This document shows positions 37,821 to 46,766 of a stretch of DNA of 64,000 bases, piece after piece. The notes under the pieces were generated by a model. That model searched no databases, was not told where the DNA came from, and saw nothing but the letters and a program-made list of their open reading frames with translations. The translations under genes were made by a program, and so were the position numbers. Location: the IMG/VR virus record IMGVR_UViG_3300042946_000581, positions 1 through 64,000 of that record; one strand, given 5' to 3'. Each line of letters begins with the position of its first letter. Position 1 is the first letter of the stretch. The DNA is from a virus (Duplodnaviria; Caudoviricetes).

Positions 37821-38834
37821 ATGAATAGAAGTTATAGTAAAATAAGGAACATTAATAGTGTTAATTATTTATTGGAACAAAAATATCTTGAGGATAAACG
37901 AAATACTGATAGAGGTGTTTTGGTTGAACAACAACCTGAAGAAGATAATTGGTTTAATAATATGAATAGTTCTTATTTTGACAGATCAGCAAATAAGGAT
38001 TATAGTAAATTTCCTTGTGTCTCATCATTAAAAATTGCTAAAGGTAATCGATTAAGATTTGACGCAAATTATTACTATTTCCCAAATGGGAACTATGCAA
38101 CTATTGCTGATGTTAACAAATATTCTCAAGATTATGCTAATAATCCAAACACAACACTAAATTATGCTGGTACATATAGTTGTAAAGAAACTATAAATGA
38201 TATCACAAATCAAAAAACATCTTCAATACAAAGGTCAGAAAATCCAAAAAAAGAATTAGCTAGTTCAACAGAAACTATGGCAGCTGCAGCAGAAAGACAA
38301 AGAAAAGAACTAGGGTATGGAGAGGGTAAAGGTGATGAAGGTAATTGGAAAAATACAAGATGTGCTTTAACTATGGGAACTACATCTAAGACACCTACAA
38401 CTAGTCCAAATTACCCAGGTAAAGAACATATTTATTATGATGTAAAAGATGCTGACTTATCAATATTCAATGGATACCTTGAGGATGATGATGTTCATGA
38501 GGTATATTTATTTAATACTGGAGTGTTTTATGTGGGGTCAACACCATATCCTAAGTACCAACGAGGACCAAGTGATGAAAATAAATTTTATAAGTATACT
38601 TGTGTTGGTGGTAAAGTAAAACCAACAAAAGAAATTATTGGTATTGAGGGTAGTCAAGATAGAAATAGTACTCAGTCCACAACTAGTGGAGGTGGTTTTG
38701 GTACAGTATATCCTAATGTGTTCACACCAAATGTTGTTAGTACTATCAGAACAAAAATCGGTTCGGGTGAAACTTCACCAACTTTAACACAAACAGACAT
38801 AAATTTATTGTATACCGCAATAGAAAACGCTTAA
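37821..38834 (+). CDS. Putative internal head protein (repeats paralogous to 36076)
   Basis: FPCV...GTYSC; C-terminal LTQTDINLLY. Confidence 0.6.
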   Translation: MNRSYSKIRNINSVNYLLEQKYLEDKRNTDRGVLVEQQPEEDNWFNNMNSSYFDRSANKDYSKFPCVSSLKIAKGNRLRFDANYYYFPNGNYATIADVNKYSQDYANNPNTTLNYAGTYSCKETINDITNQKTSSIQRSENPKKELASSTETMAAAAERQRKELGYGEGKGDEGNWKNTRCALTMGTTSKTPTTSPNYPGKEHIYYDVKDADLSIFNGYLEDDDVHEVYLFNTGVFYVGSTPYPKYQRGPSDENKFYKYTCVGGKVKPTKEIIGIEGSQDRNSTQSTTSGGGFGTVYPNVFTPNVVSTIRTKIGSGETSPTLTQTDINLLYTAIENA

Positions 38835-38846
38835 TAAAAAATAATT

Positions 38847-39320
38847 ATGAAACAAAATATGATGATATTATCTGAACGTGAAATACAAAAATTGGTTAAA
38901 CAAATATTGTTAAAAGAACAATCAGGTGCTAATAGGACTATTACTGATATACAAAATTTATTAATACGTAAAGGACGTAGAGAAGTTGGTACTAGTGATG
39001 GAAAAGCTGGTCTAAATACATTAACAGCAATTAATAATGCTCTAAATTTAGGTCTTAATCTTTATAGACCACAAGCGGCTAAACAAAATACACAAACAAA
39101 TGTTCAACAAAATATCATGAAAAGTCCAAGTGCTGTAGATTTTGAAAAAATTAATCCCGCATCGAAAGATGGTAATTTACAGGGTGTTACTACGAATCAA
39201 GGGACTGAAATAACTCCGGCTAAACAAAATGATTATGCCGCTAATAATTTGACAGGTAAAAAAGAATATGTCGCACCTACTTTAACTGATCAAAGTAAAA
39301 TAGTGGGTTTAACTGATTAA
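38847..39320 (+). CDS. Putative internal head protein with peptidoglycan-binding-like motif
   Basis: ILSEREIQKLVKQILLKEQ; IQNLL...DGKAGLNTLTAI. Confidence 0.6.
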   Translation: MKQNMMILSEREIQKLVKQILLKEQSGANRTITDIQNLLIRKGRREVGTSDGKAGLNTLTAINNALNLGLNLYRPQAAKQNTQTNVQQNIMKSPSAVDFEKINPASKDGNLQGVTTNQGTEITPAKQNDYAANNLTGKKEYVAPTLTDQSKIVGLTD

Positions 39321-39333
39321 AATATAGGTGAAG

Positions 39334-39558
39334 TTAATCTTCACCTTTTTTATTTTCCGATAATATTCTAATACTTTTTGATATTATTTCAGATTCCCCA
39401 AGTGAGTACATTCCATTATGATAGGCATACTTAACCGCTTGTACGATTAAGAATATTGCTTGTTCTCTATCCATCACATCAATTAATGTTTGTAGATGGT
39501 TTTCTGTTAATAGAGGTACTGAATTAAATAATTTACCGTAAATTTTTTCTTGTTCCAT
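39334..39558 (-). CDS. Hypothetical protein
   Basis: ORF track. Confidence 0.6.
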   Translation of the reverse strand: MEQEKIYGKLFNSVPLLTENHLQTLIDVMDREQAIFLIVQAVKYAYHNGMYSLGESEIISKSIRILSENKKGED

Positions 39559-39587
39559 AGATATTTATATTTATAATTTCATTTGTA

Positions 39588-40478
39588 ATGATAGATAAAA
39601 TAAAAAATATAGTCAAAAAAATATTAACCGAGGCAACAAGTGAATCAGGTTCAAGAGGTTCATTTATCGCTCCTCTAAGAATGGGGAAGAGAATATTTAA
39701 AAAATCGGAATTAGGTCCATATAGTGAATCTGTATCAAAGTATTATAGTCAAGAATTGGCAACTGATAGTTATGATGGTAAGATGTCAACATCCAAGAAG
39801 GACATCAAAAAAATTGAATCTAAGGCAAAAAAGGCTTCAATCTATGCCAAGAATCATCCAATACAAAATGATGACGATGGGGAGGTAATTAACCCCTATC
39901 CAAAGGGTAAATCAAAAAAAATAAATGAAGCGACATTTGGATATGGTGGGGAATATAACGCACCACTTGAGATTGGAATGAAAAAATGGAAGAATCCTGA
40001 ATTACAACCATTTTCAGATTTTGTTGATACTGAAGCAAATATAAATAAAGTTAAGTCAACAACCAAAAACAATATAAGAAGAACTGTTGGAATGTGGGAG
40101 AAAGGGAAGGATGGTAGTTATAAAATTGATAAACATTATGTCCATACGGTTAATGAGTGGGATTATGAAGAAGCCCCAATATTAACTGAAGATTTGGCAG
40201 TATGGTTTGGAACAAAGAAAAAACCCAAGGGGTCATCACAACCAAAAGGACCTTGGGTTAATATTTGTAGAAAGGTAGATGGTAAACACCCACCTTGTGG
40301 AAGGAGTGAGGCTGATACCAAGAGTTATCCTAAATGTAGGGCGGCTGGTGTTGCTGGTAAGATGTCAGATTCTGAGAAGAAATCGGCTTGTGCTCAGAAA
40401 CGTAGAGCTGAAAAGAAAGACCCCAAAATTGGAACTGGTAACAAACCGACTATGACTTCTTATAAACCTAAGAAATAA
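39588..40478 (+). CDS. Basic putative head protein
   Basis: Late motif at 39567; LTEDLAVWF...WVNICRK...CGRS...YPKC. Confidence 0.6.
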   Translation: MIDKIKNIVKKILTEATSESGSRGSFIAPLRMGKRIFKKSELGPYSESVSKYYSQELATDSYDGKMSTSKKDIKKIESKAKKASIYAKNHPIQNDDDGEVINPYPKGKSKKINEATFGYGGEYNAPLEIGMKKWKNPELQPFSDFVDTEANINKVKSTTKNNIRRTVGMWEKGKDGSYKIDKHYVHTVNEWDYEEAPILTEDLAVWFGTKKKPKGSSQPKGPWVNICRKVDGKHPPCGRSEADTKSYPKCRAAGVAGKMSDSEKKSACAQKRRAEKKDPKIGTGNKPTMTSYKPKK

Positions 40479-40892
40479 TTATTGTCTTATTTTATTAAGT
40501 ATTACGTCCAAGGAGTGAACAATTTGTGACATAATTTCATCCTCATCTTTTTGACGTATTGTTTCAACTTTTTCATCATACATTTTAGTGAACCTATCAT
40601 AATTTCTATCACTTATAATAATATCATGATGATGAACGTGATTTGTTATACTCAATAATTTCCCATCCAATATTAAAAATAACCCCAAAGTTTTATTTAT
40701 GATATATCTCTTTTTGCTTAAGAAAGTAAGTCTAAAATGAGAATCTGGATGTAGAATCAATAGTCGTGCAATTGACATACATTTTTTTTGAGTCTCGGAG
40801 ACTTTGTCATAATCTGGGTTATTCATTTTTCTATTGAAAAGAACCCATTTAACGTAACTACGTTTTAAAAACCTTTTTATAAATTTTTTCAT
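40479..40892 (-). CDS. Hypothetical protein
   Basis: ORF track; Bacteroidota-type promoter TTTG-N20-TATATTTG upstream (minus strand, ~40917-40948). Confidence 0.65.
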   Translation of the reverse strand: MKKFIKRFLKRSYVKWVLFNRKMNNPDYDKVSETQKKCMSIARLLILHPDSHFRLTFLSKKRYIINKTLGLFLILDGKLLSITNHVHHHDIIISDRNYDRFTKMYDEKVETIRQKDEDEIMSQIVHSLDVILNKIRQ

Positions 40893-40997
40893 AAGATGTT
40901 ATTTTTTGATTCATCACAAATATAAAAAGGTTTTCTTATTAAAACAAAAAAAGGTAGAAAAATATTTCTACCTCTTTAAATATAAAAAAAATAGTAA

Positions 40998-41468
40998 TTA
41001 ACAATAAGGTGGTGAACATTTCTTTTTACCATCTAACCCAGGTTTTGTTCCTTTACAAACTTGAACTCCGTAACCATTACTATAAGCACTGGGGTAGACT
41101 TTAAATTTGGCTTTGGCTGCAGCTTTTCCTCTAGCACATAGTTTTGTTCCAGTTTTCTTTTTTCCTTCATTCATAACCATATTTCCTTCTTCATCATAGA
41201 ATTCATCCGCATATTGAGTTTCGTTCATAAGGAAGTCAAATACTTGGTCTAGGTTTTCTTTTGCTGTTGCGATATGGTCATCAGCCCAATCGTGACCACC
41301 TTGAAGTATTTTTTCTACTTGCATTGGGTCTAATTCTAATAACAATTGTGCTTGTCTTATCATTTGTTCAAGATTACTAAAAAACATATAGTTTTGTACT
41401 TTTCCATAATCTTTTTCGTTAACTATTTTTTTAACTAGATTGTTAAGTTGTGATTCTGTGATTCTCAT
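40998..41468 (-). CDS. Putative head protein with KFKVYPSAY basic module
   Basis: MRITESQLNNLVKKIVNE; LCARGKAAAKAKFKVYPSAYSNGY. Confidence 0.6.
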   Translation of the reverse strand: MRITESQLNNLVKKIVNEKDYGKVQNYMFFSNLEQMIRQAQLLLELDPMQVEKILQGGHDWADDHIATAKENLDQVFDFLMNETQYADEFYDEEGNMVMNEGKKKTGTKLCARGKAAAKAKFKVYPSAYSNGYGVQVCKGTKPGLDGKKKCSPPYC

Positions 41469-41473
41469 ATAAT

Positions 41474-43273
41474 TTAATTGTTTAAACCATTAGGACCACC
41501 TAATGTTATTGCGTTTAGTTGTACTACTGCTTGACCACTACCATTAGTCCAAGTTGGATGTGGTGGGTGAATTATTGTTGCGGTATATCCAGTACCATCC
41601 CAACAAACACTACAAATTGTTGCTTCTGTTCCTGCTGAAATAGTTGGTAATGGTGTTGGTGGGGCTGGTCTTGGATTGAATATTGTGCAAATATTACAAT
41701 TTAAATATTGTTGACTAACGGATAATAAATTACCAATTGGTGTTAATGGACAAACATCAACAATTGTTCTACAAAGTCCATTTGAGTCTAAGAAACAATC
41801 TGAATAAGAACCATTGAAACCTCCATAATTTGTTGTTTGAGTCCAAGCGGTATATGTTAAATCAACAACTTCTGATTCTAGGGTAAAACAATCTAGTGTT
41901 CTAATACCAATTGTTGTGTTGTAACAATCTTCACAAGTATTGAAATTTGTATTGGTGTGAAAATAAATGTTGGAACTAACTAATCCCGTGACATCTTGAA
42001 TTAATGTTGCACATAGGAAATTTGTTTCACCCCATAATGTTTGAACAGTATCTCCAGTTGTAAACGTCCCATCGGTTGTTGTTATATAAATAATAGTACC
42101 CAAATTACATATTTCCGCTTCCCAAACAAAATAACTTGGGTCTGATGTTAAACAATCTGTTTTAGTTAATAAACTATAGAAAGTATCGTAAAAAGTACTT
42201 GCCGTAATCGTATTTAATGTTACCGCAAATTCATCATAACTTGGGTGATAAAATGCTGTGTTCCCACTGATATATTCATATGATAATATTTCACCAACTT
42301 TAACAAGAGGGTCTGAACATAACGCGTATTCATAAAAAACACCATGACATTCCACACAGGCTTGACAATCTGGTTGGGGTTCAAAGTCTAAAAATAATGT
42401 TTGAGTTACCGCACTTGTAGTTGCACTAATAACTTCATAACATCCCCCACCTAATTGTAAATTAGATACTGCCCCATTTTGAAATAATTGAGAACCCCAA
42501 ACAACTTCTTGTATGTCTGAATTTACACAATTTTCTATTATAAACTTTTCATTTTTAACGTCCAAGCAAACATCACATATTGTATCTTCAGGAAATAAAC
42601 TTACAAACGTGTGTGTTGGTATTATTGATGGTGATACGCCCACTATGTTACCACAAAATTCATCAGTACCATTAGTATATGAAATTAATCGGTTAGTAAG
42701 ATTGGATGGGAGTTGTACGGTATCAAATGTTGTAGGTTCAGTACATCTTTCTACGATATAAATTAATGGACTATTACTTACACAATCTTCACACGAGGTA
42801 AATGCCGATACACTTAATACAGTGTTGGAAATTAAATTGTCTGTTTGTAGTATTTTATATTCCTCTTGGGTGAGTAATCCTATTTCTCCTTCAAAACAGC
42901 CAATAATAGGATTACCATCAAGGATGGAATCAATAAAATAAGTTCCTCTATTAACAAAATATGAAAAAAATGCTGGGGTAAAGGCACTTACATCAAAGTA
43001 AATACGACCTTCTCCGCCACAACTAAAAAAACTAAAAATACCGTAATTATTATTGTAACAATCATAACAAGTCGCGTATTCCGTTTGTAACAATGAGTTT
43101 GATCCTAGTTCATCAGTTAAACTTGTTATTTCAACACAACCTGTAAATTCTTCTTTGAAGAGGCCATTACTTTCCGTATACCAAATCTCACCAATGTTAA
43201 CTACATTACCATTAAAATTTAATCCGTAGGTATTACCTGTAATAAAACAATCAATAGCATTTATTGTCGCCAT
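41474..43273 (-). CDS. Cys-rich repeat virion protein (fibre/decoration-like)
   Basis: About six repeats ending in CxxC (CYDC, CEDC, CDVC, CQAC, CEDC, CNIC). Confidence 0.6.
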   Translation of the reverse strand: MATINAIDCFITGNTYGLNFNGNVVNIGEIWYTESNGLFKEEFTGCVEITSLTDELGSNSLLQTEYATCYDCYNNNYGIFSFFSCGGEGRIYFDVSAFTPAFFSYFVNRGTYFIDSILDGNPIIGCFEGEIGLLTQEEYKILQTDNLISNTVLSVSAFTSCEDCVSNSPLIYIVERCTEPTTFDTVQLPSNLTNRLISYTNGTDEFCGNIVGVSPSIIPTHTFVSLFPEDTICDVCLDVKNEKFIIENCVNSDIQEVVWGSQLFQNGAVSNLQLGGGCYEVISATTSAVTQTLFLDFEPQPDCQACVECHGVFYEYALCSDPLVKVGEILSYEYISGNTAFYHPSYDEFAVTLNTITASTFYDTFYSLLTKTDCLTSDPSYFVWEAEICNLGTIIYITTTDGTFTTGDTVQTLWGETNFLCATLIQDVTGLVSSNIYFHTNTNFNTCEDCYNTTIGIRTLDCFTLESEVVDLTYTAWTQTTNYGGFNGSYSDCFLDSNGLCRTIVDVCPLTPIGNLLSVSQQYLNCNICTIFNPRPAPPTPLPTISAGTEATICSVCWDGTGYTATIIHPPHPTWTNGSGQAVVQLNAITLGGPNGLNN

Positions 43274-43279
43274 TTTTTT

Positions 43280-43462
43280 TTAAGAATTTAAACCATTTAT
43301 TCCGCCCAATGTTACGGCATTTAATTGGATGACAACATTATTTTGTCCATCAGTCCAAATTGGATGAGGGGGAATTATTTCTTGTGTTGACCCACTACAA
43401 ATTTCACATATGATAACTTCAGTGTTGGCACTAGTACCTGTTGGATAAAAATAATCTGCCAT
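43280..43462 (-). CDS. 60-aa late protein homologous to the C-terminus of 41474-43273
   Basis: ICEIC...PPHPIWTDG...VIQLNAVTLGGINGLN; late motif at 43475-43482 (minus). Confidence 0.75.
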   Translation of the reverse strand: MADYFYPTGTSANTEVIICEICSGSTQEIIPPHPIWTDGQNNVVIQLNAVTLGGINGLNS

Positions 43463-43489
43463 AATTTTTTATTTATAAATATTAACTTA

Positions 43490-44953
43490 TTATTTATAGT
43501 TCACAATTTGGAACTTTATTTGTCTTTTATAGGTATTAACTTCCCCACTACTTTCAACTTTAATATCAACATAATATTCATTTGGAATTTTATCTCTTGT
43601 ATCAAAGATAAAATAGTATTCATTTGGAGTTCTATTAATTTGAGTCCAATCTTGAACTTGGACTTCGGTTTGACCTTCTCTTACATATACACGATAATAA
43701 GCACTTACTTTTGGTAATAATCTATTTGTTGTATAAGCTTGTTTAATAATAACCCCAACTTTTCTTATATCGGTATTAAATATTTTTTCATCTTGTTTAA
43801 TTCCATAATAATCAAATCCATATATTTTGGGGTTTTGAGAATTTGTACCAATTTGAATAGAATTCTTCATTGGTTGTAATGTAAAATCATTTGTGATTGG
43901 ATTAATTGGAAAACCATTAATACTTAGGTTATACCATTTATCTGAGAATGTACAAGGTGTTTTATACCCCATAAGTGGTGGAATTGTCACCTCATATACC
44001 CCTTGAGTTCTTTGACAGCCAGTTAAACCTGTTAATCCAGGTATTGGGTTACCGGAATTGTCAATGATATTAATTAATGGAAGAAAATCTAAATTGAGTG
44101 GATTACCATCTTCATAAAGATAAAGATATAATTTATTAACTTTACCTAGGGTAAATAAATTTCTATCATCTTCTATTAAATCATTATAAGATGTATCCAA
44201 ATGTGGTTCATAGAACGTTTGAGTATGTCTTGTAAAGAATTGAACTTCATATGTGTCAGTTAAACCTGAGAACAATTCAAGTTGGGGTTTGTAAGCTATA
44301 ACCCAACCTGTAACGCCAGATATTGTATTGTTTAATATACCATTTATTTCATTGGTCATATCAAATTCAATATTCTCATCACCGAACTCAAAATGTTGTT
44401 CTGCCACCAATGTTAATGCTGAGAATGGGACAGGAGATAAATTTCTATTGTTATAGATACCATTTTCTTCCCATACACCAATGGTTGTTGTTTCAAACCA
44501 ATTTGAAGGTCTTGTTGAATAATTTCTATCCGTTATTACATATTGATATTGTAAATCTGCGAAATCATAACCAACACCTTCGTCCCAAATTTGTGGTAAA
44601 CTTGGGTCAAAATTAATTGGAGGAATTCTTAATAATAATAAATCAAATGATGTTGCTCTTAATCTTCCTTGTGATGTGAATGTGTTTAATAATTCAATAT
44701 CAAAGTTAGAGGTATTTGTCATTCTCAACGTATGTTTCATTGTTGAACAAGTTGTTGATATAACGCCATTTGTTAGTTTGGCTATAAGAGAATCCAAATC
44801 TAAATCAAAAATGAATCTACTGTAACCTATTGGATATTGTGATATTGCTGTAGTTCCAAAAAATAGTTCTGTTACTGGGTTTCTGCCAGTATTGGTATAA
44901 CTATTGTATATTAATGTATTATTTCTACTGAAATATGATTTGTGGATTGACAT
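43490..44953 (-). CDS. Virion structural protein (tail/baseplate region)
   Basis: Late motif at 44969-44976 (minus); beta-rich composition; context. Confidence 0.6.
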   Translation of the reverse strand: MSIHKSYFSRNNTLIYNSYTNTGRNPVTELFFGTTAISQYPIGYSRFIFDLDLDSLIAKLTNGVISTTCSTMKHTLRMTNTSNFDIELLNTFTSQGRLRATSFDLLLLRIPPINFDPSLPQIWDEGVGYDFADLQYQYVITDRNYSTRPSNWFETTTIGVWEENGIYNNRNLSPVPFSALTLVAEQHFEFGDENIEFDMTNEINGILNNTISGVTGWVIAYKPQLELFSGLTDTYEVQFFTRHTQTFYEPHLDTSYNDLIEDDRNLFTLGKVNKLYLYLYEDGNPLNLDFLPLINIIDNSGNPIPGLTGLTGCQRTQGVYEVTIPPLMGYKTPCTFSDKWYNLSINGFPINPITNDFTLQPMKNSIQIGTNSQNPKIYGFDYYGIKQDEKIFNTDIRKVGVIIKQAYTTNRLLPKVSAYYRVYVREGQTEVQVQDWTQINRTPNEYYFIFDTRDKIPNEYYVDIKVESSGEVNTYKRQIKFQIVNYK

Positions 44954-44975
44954 TTATATTCTTTATACATAAATA

Positions 44976-46553
44976 TCAATTAATTCTAATATTTTGATTT
45001 AGGATTAAACTTTCAGCATTATTCAATAAAGTTTCAATATCTTCAAGTCTTTGTCCATTCCCACTTGCACGTTTAGCTGGTTTAATAATTGCAATTGGAT
45101 GAACGTGTCCTTCCAAGAAGGCATACATCTTTCTTAGTAGTTCAATAATTACTTCACCTCTAACGGTTGAATACGTTAGGTTTTGTAAGGATGTTTCACC
45201 CCTAACGAAGGAATTCTGTGGTATACCATAGATAGTGTCTTGTAAGTCAATTTTTTGTTTTGAACTAGTTGCATCTTGGGATAATAAATAAATCTTTTGT
45301 GCTCCCATAACACCATAACTTATTGGTTCGGATTTAAATGAAGTTGGGAATACTGTATCTGTTACTACATCATATTGAGTACCATATATTGGTCTTTCTC
45401 CATTTCTACCTGATACTAGAAAATAACCACTTTCTTTTGACCCGTAATCTAAAAGAATTTTAGAACTAAATTTTAAAAAATTTGTGGTTTCGGTATTTAA
45501 TGTTGTTGATGTAAAACTATTACCTAATTCGTATGTTAATTGTGATGGAGTAACAACAAATGGAAACGAGTTTTGGAAGGCTGTTTGATTTGGGGAAGAA
45601 TAACCACTATAAGTTAGAAACCCTTCAAACACACCTTTGATAAATGTGTTGATGATATAAACAGTTTCATCAAAAGTTTTTCCCGCTATATCAATTTTAG
45701 CATCAGTTGGTTTTAAGGTTGTACCAATGTTTAAATTTAATATTGTCTGAGGATTAAAATTTGATGTATCAAATCTTAAGTCTTCCTTGTTGTATGAATA
45801 TAATTGGACAAATCCGTTAAATACATTTTGTGTATTTTCAAGATTATCAATATGCCAAACAACAACCTTTTCAATTGATTTAATAACCTCCTTTAATGAG
45901 GTTGTTTTTTGTGGTGATTCTTTGGTTTCTTGAATTGGGAAATAAGATAATTGTAAGAATGCTCTGTTATTATTTGGTATTGGTAATTTACTATATTTTA
46001 ATTCTGGTGTTTTTCCAGCACGTAACAATACTTCATTTTCTTTCAATATTAAATCAGCCGTACCTCTACCTAAAATACCAACATCTTGTGGTTTTGGGAA
46101 TATACCTTCAACACTACCCCCACTTGAAGACAGATACGATCCATCAGGGTTACGAAGAGCTAAACCTTGTGAAATTCTAGTTCCGGTTGCCAAGAATTTT
46201 TTAGCTCCTTGGAAATTCTCAAATGGACTTAATAATGGGCTTGAGAATGGTCCTTGAATATAGAATTGATTTATTCTTTTATATTCTTTGTTCATATAGA
46301 TTATATGAACATATTCATTAATTTGAGGCACTTGACTAACAAAAAATGGTAATAATGGTAAAAAAACAATTGGGTCTTTAGTAGTCCATTTCATTTTTTC
46401 TTCATCCCAATCATTAATTGCTCCAATAATTGCCGTATAATCATCTGTTTCAGGAATAACACGAAGTCTTCCTAACATCATTGGGTCATTATTATCTAAT
46501 ACTCTACCCGCAAATATTATTTGATGTTCATTTTGTTTAGTTATTTCACTCAT
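44976..46553 (-). CDS. Baseplate hub/spike protein (gp5/gpV-like)
   Basis: N-terminal OB-fold GRVLDNNDPMMLGRLRV...P...E.V; C-terminal HVH metal-binding motif. Confidence 0.75.
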   Translation of the reverse strand: MSEITKQNEHQIIFAGRVLDNNDPMMLGRLRVIPETDDYTAIIGAINDWDEEKMKWTTKDPIVFLPLLPFFVSQVPQINEYVHIIYMNKEYKRINQFYIQGPFSSPLLSPFENFQGAKKFLATGTRISQGLALRNPDGSYLSSSGGSVEGIFPKPQDVGILGRGTADLILKENEVLLRAGKTPELKYSKLPIPNNNRAFLQLSYFPIQETKESPQKTTSLKEVIKSIEKVVVWHIDNLENTQNVFNGFVQLYSYNKEDLRFDTSNFNPQTILNLNIGTTLKPTDAKIDIAGKTFDETVYIINTFIKGVFEGFLTYSGYSSPNQTAFQNSFPFVVTPSQLTYELGNSFTSTTLNTETTNFLKFSSKILLDYGSKESGYFLVSGRNGERPIYGTQYDVVTDTVFPTSFKSEPISYGVMGAQKIYLLSQDATSSKQKIDLQDTIYGIPQNSFVRGETSLQNLTYSTVRGEVIIELLRKMYAFLEGHVHPIAIIKPAKRASGNGQRLEDIETLLNNAESLILNQNIRIN

Positions 46554-46762
46554 TTGTTAACTCTACTTTCGTATTCTTTTAAGATTGTGTTATATGTCAA
46601 TTCCAACTTATCTAAGTGTTCTGTTAATTTGATAAGAGTTTCTTTAGTGAATTTAAAATCTTCTTGGATAAAATCCATAGCAAATGTTAAATCTCTATTT
46701 GGTGAAGATTTGTAATCTTTAATTATTTTTAGTGCTTTTTCAGCTTGTTCTTTTTTATCCAT
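46550..46762 (-). CDS. Small coiled-coil protein
   Basis: ORF track. Confidence 0.6.
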   Translation of the reverse strand: MDKKEQAEKALKIIKDYKSSPNRDLTFAMDFIQEDFKFTKETLIKLTEHLDKLELTYNTILKEYESRVNK

Positions 46763-46766
46763 ATTT

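Larger units (their letters stand above)
7923..44976. promoter_or_regulatory. Recurring putative late promoter ATATTTAT, mostly within ~5-25 nt of the gene start
   Basis: Plus strand at 7923, 8057, 10759, 13796, 17780, 18547, 22477, 24267, 26257, 27711, 28842, 33074, 34817, 36053, 39567; minus strand at 11515, 43475, 44969. Confidence 0.75.

Noticed and set aside
41474-43462. Possible DGR template/variable repeat pair
   Set aside because: The DNA differences involve all bases rather than only adenines, both copies are coding, and no reverse transcriptase is present in the window
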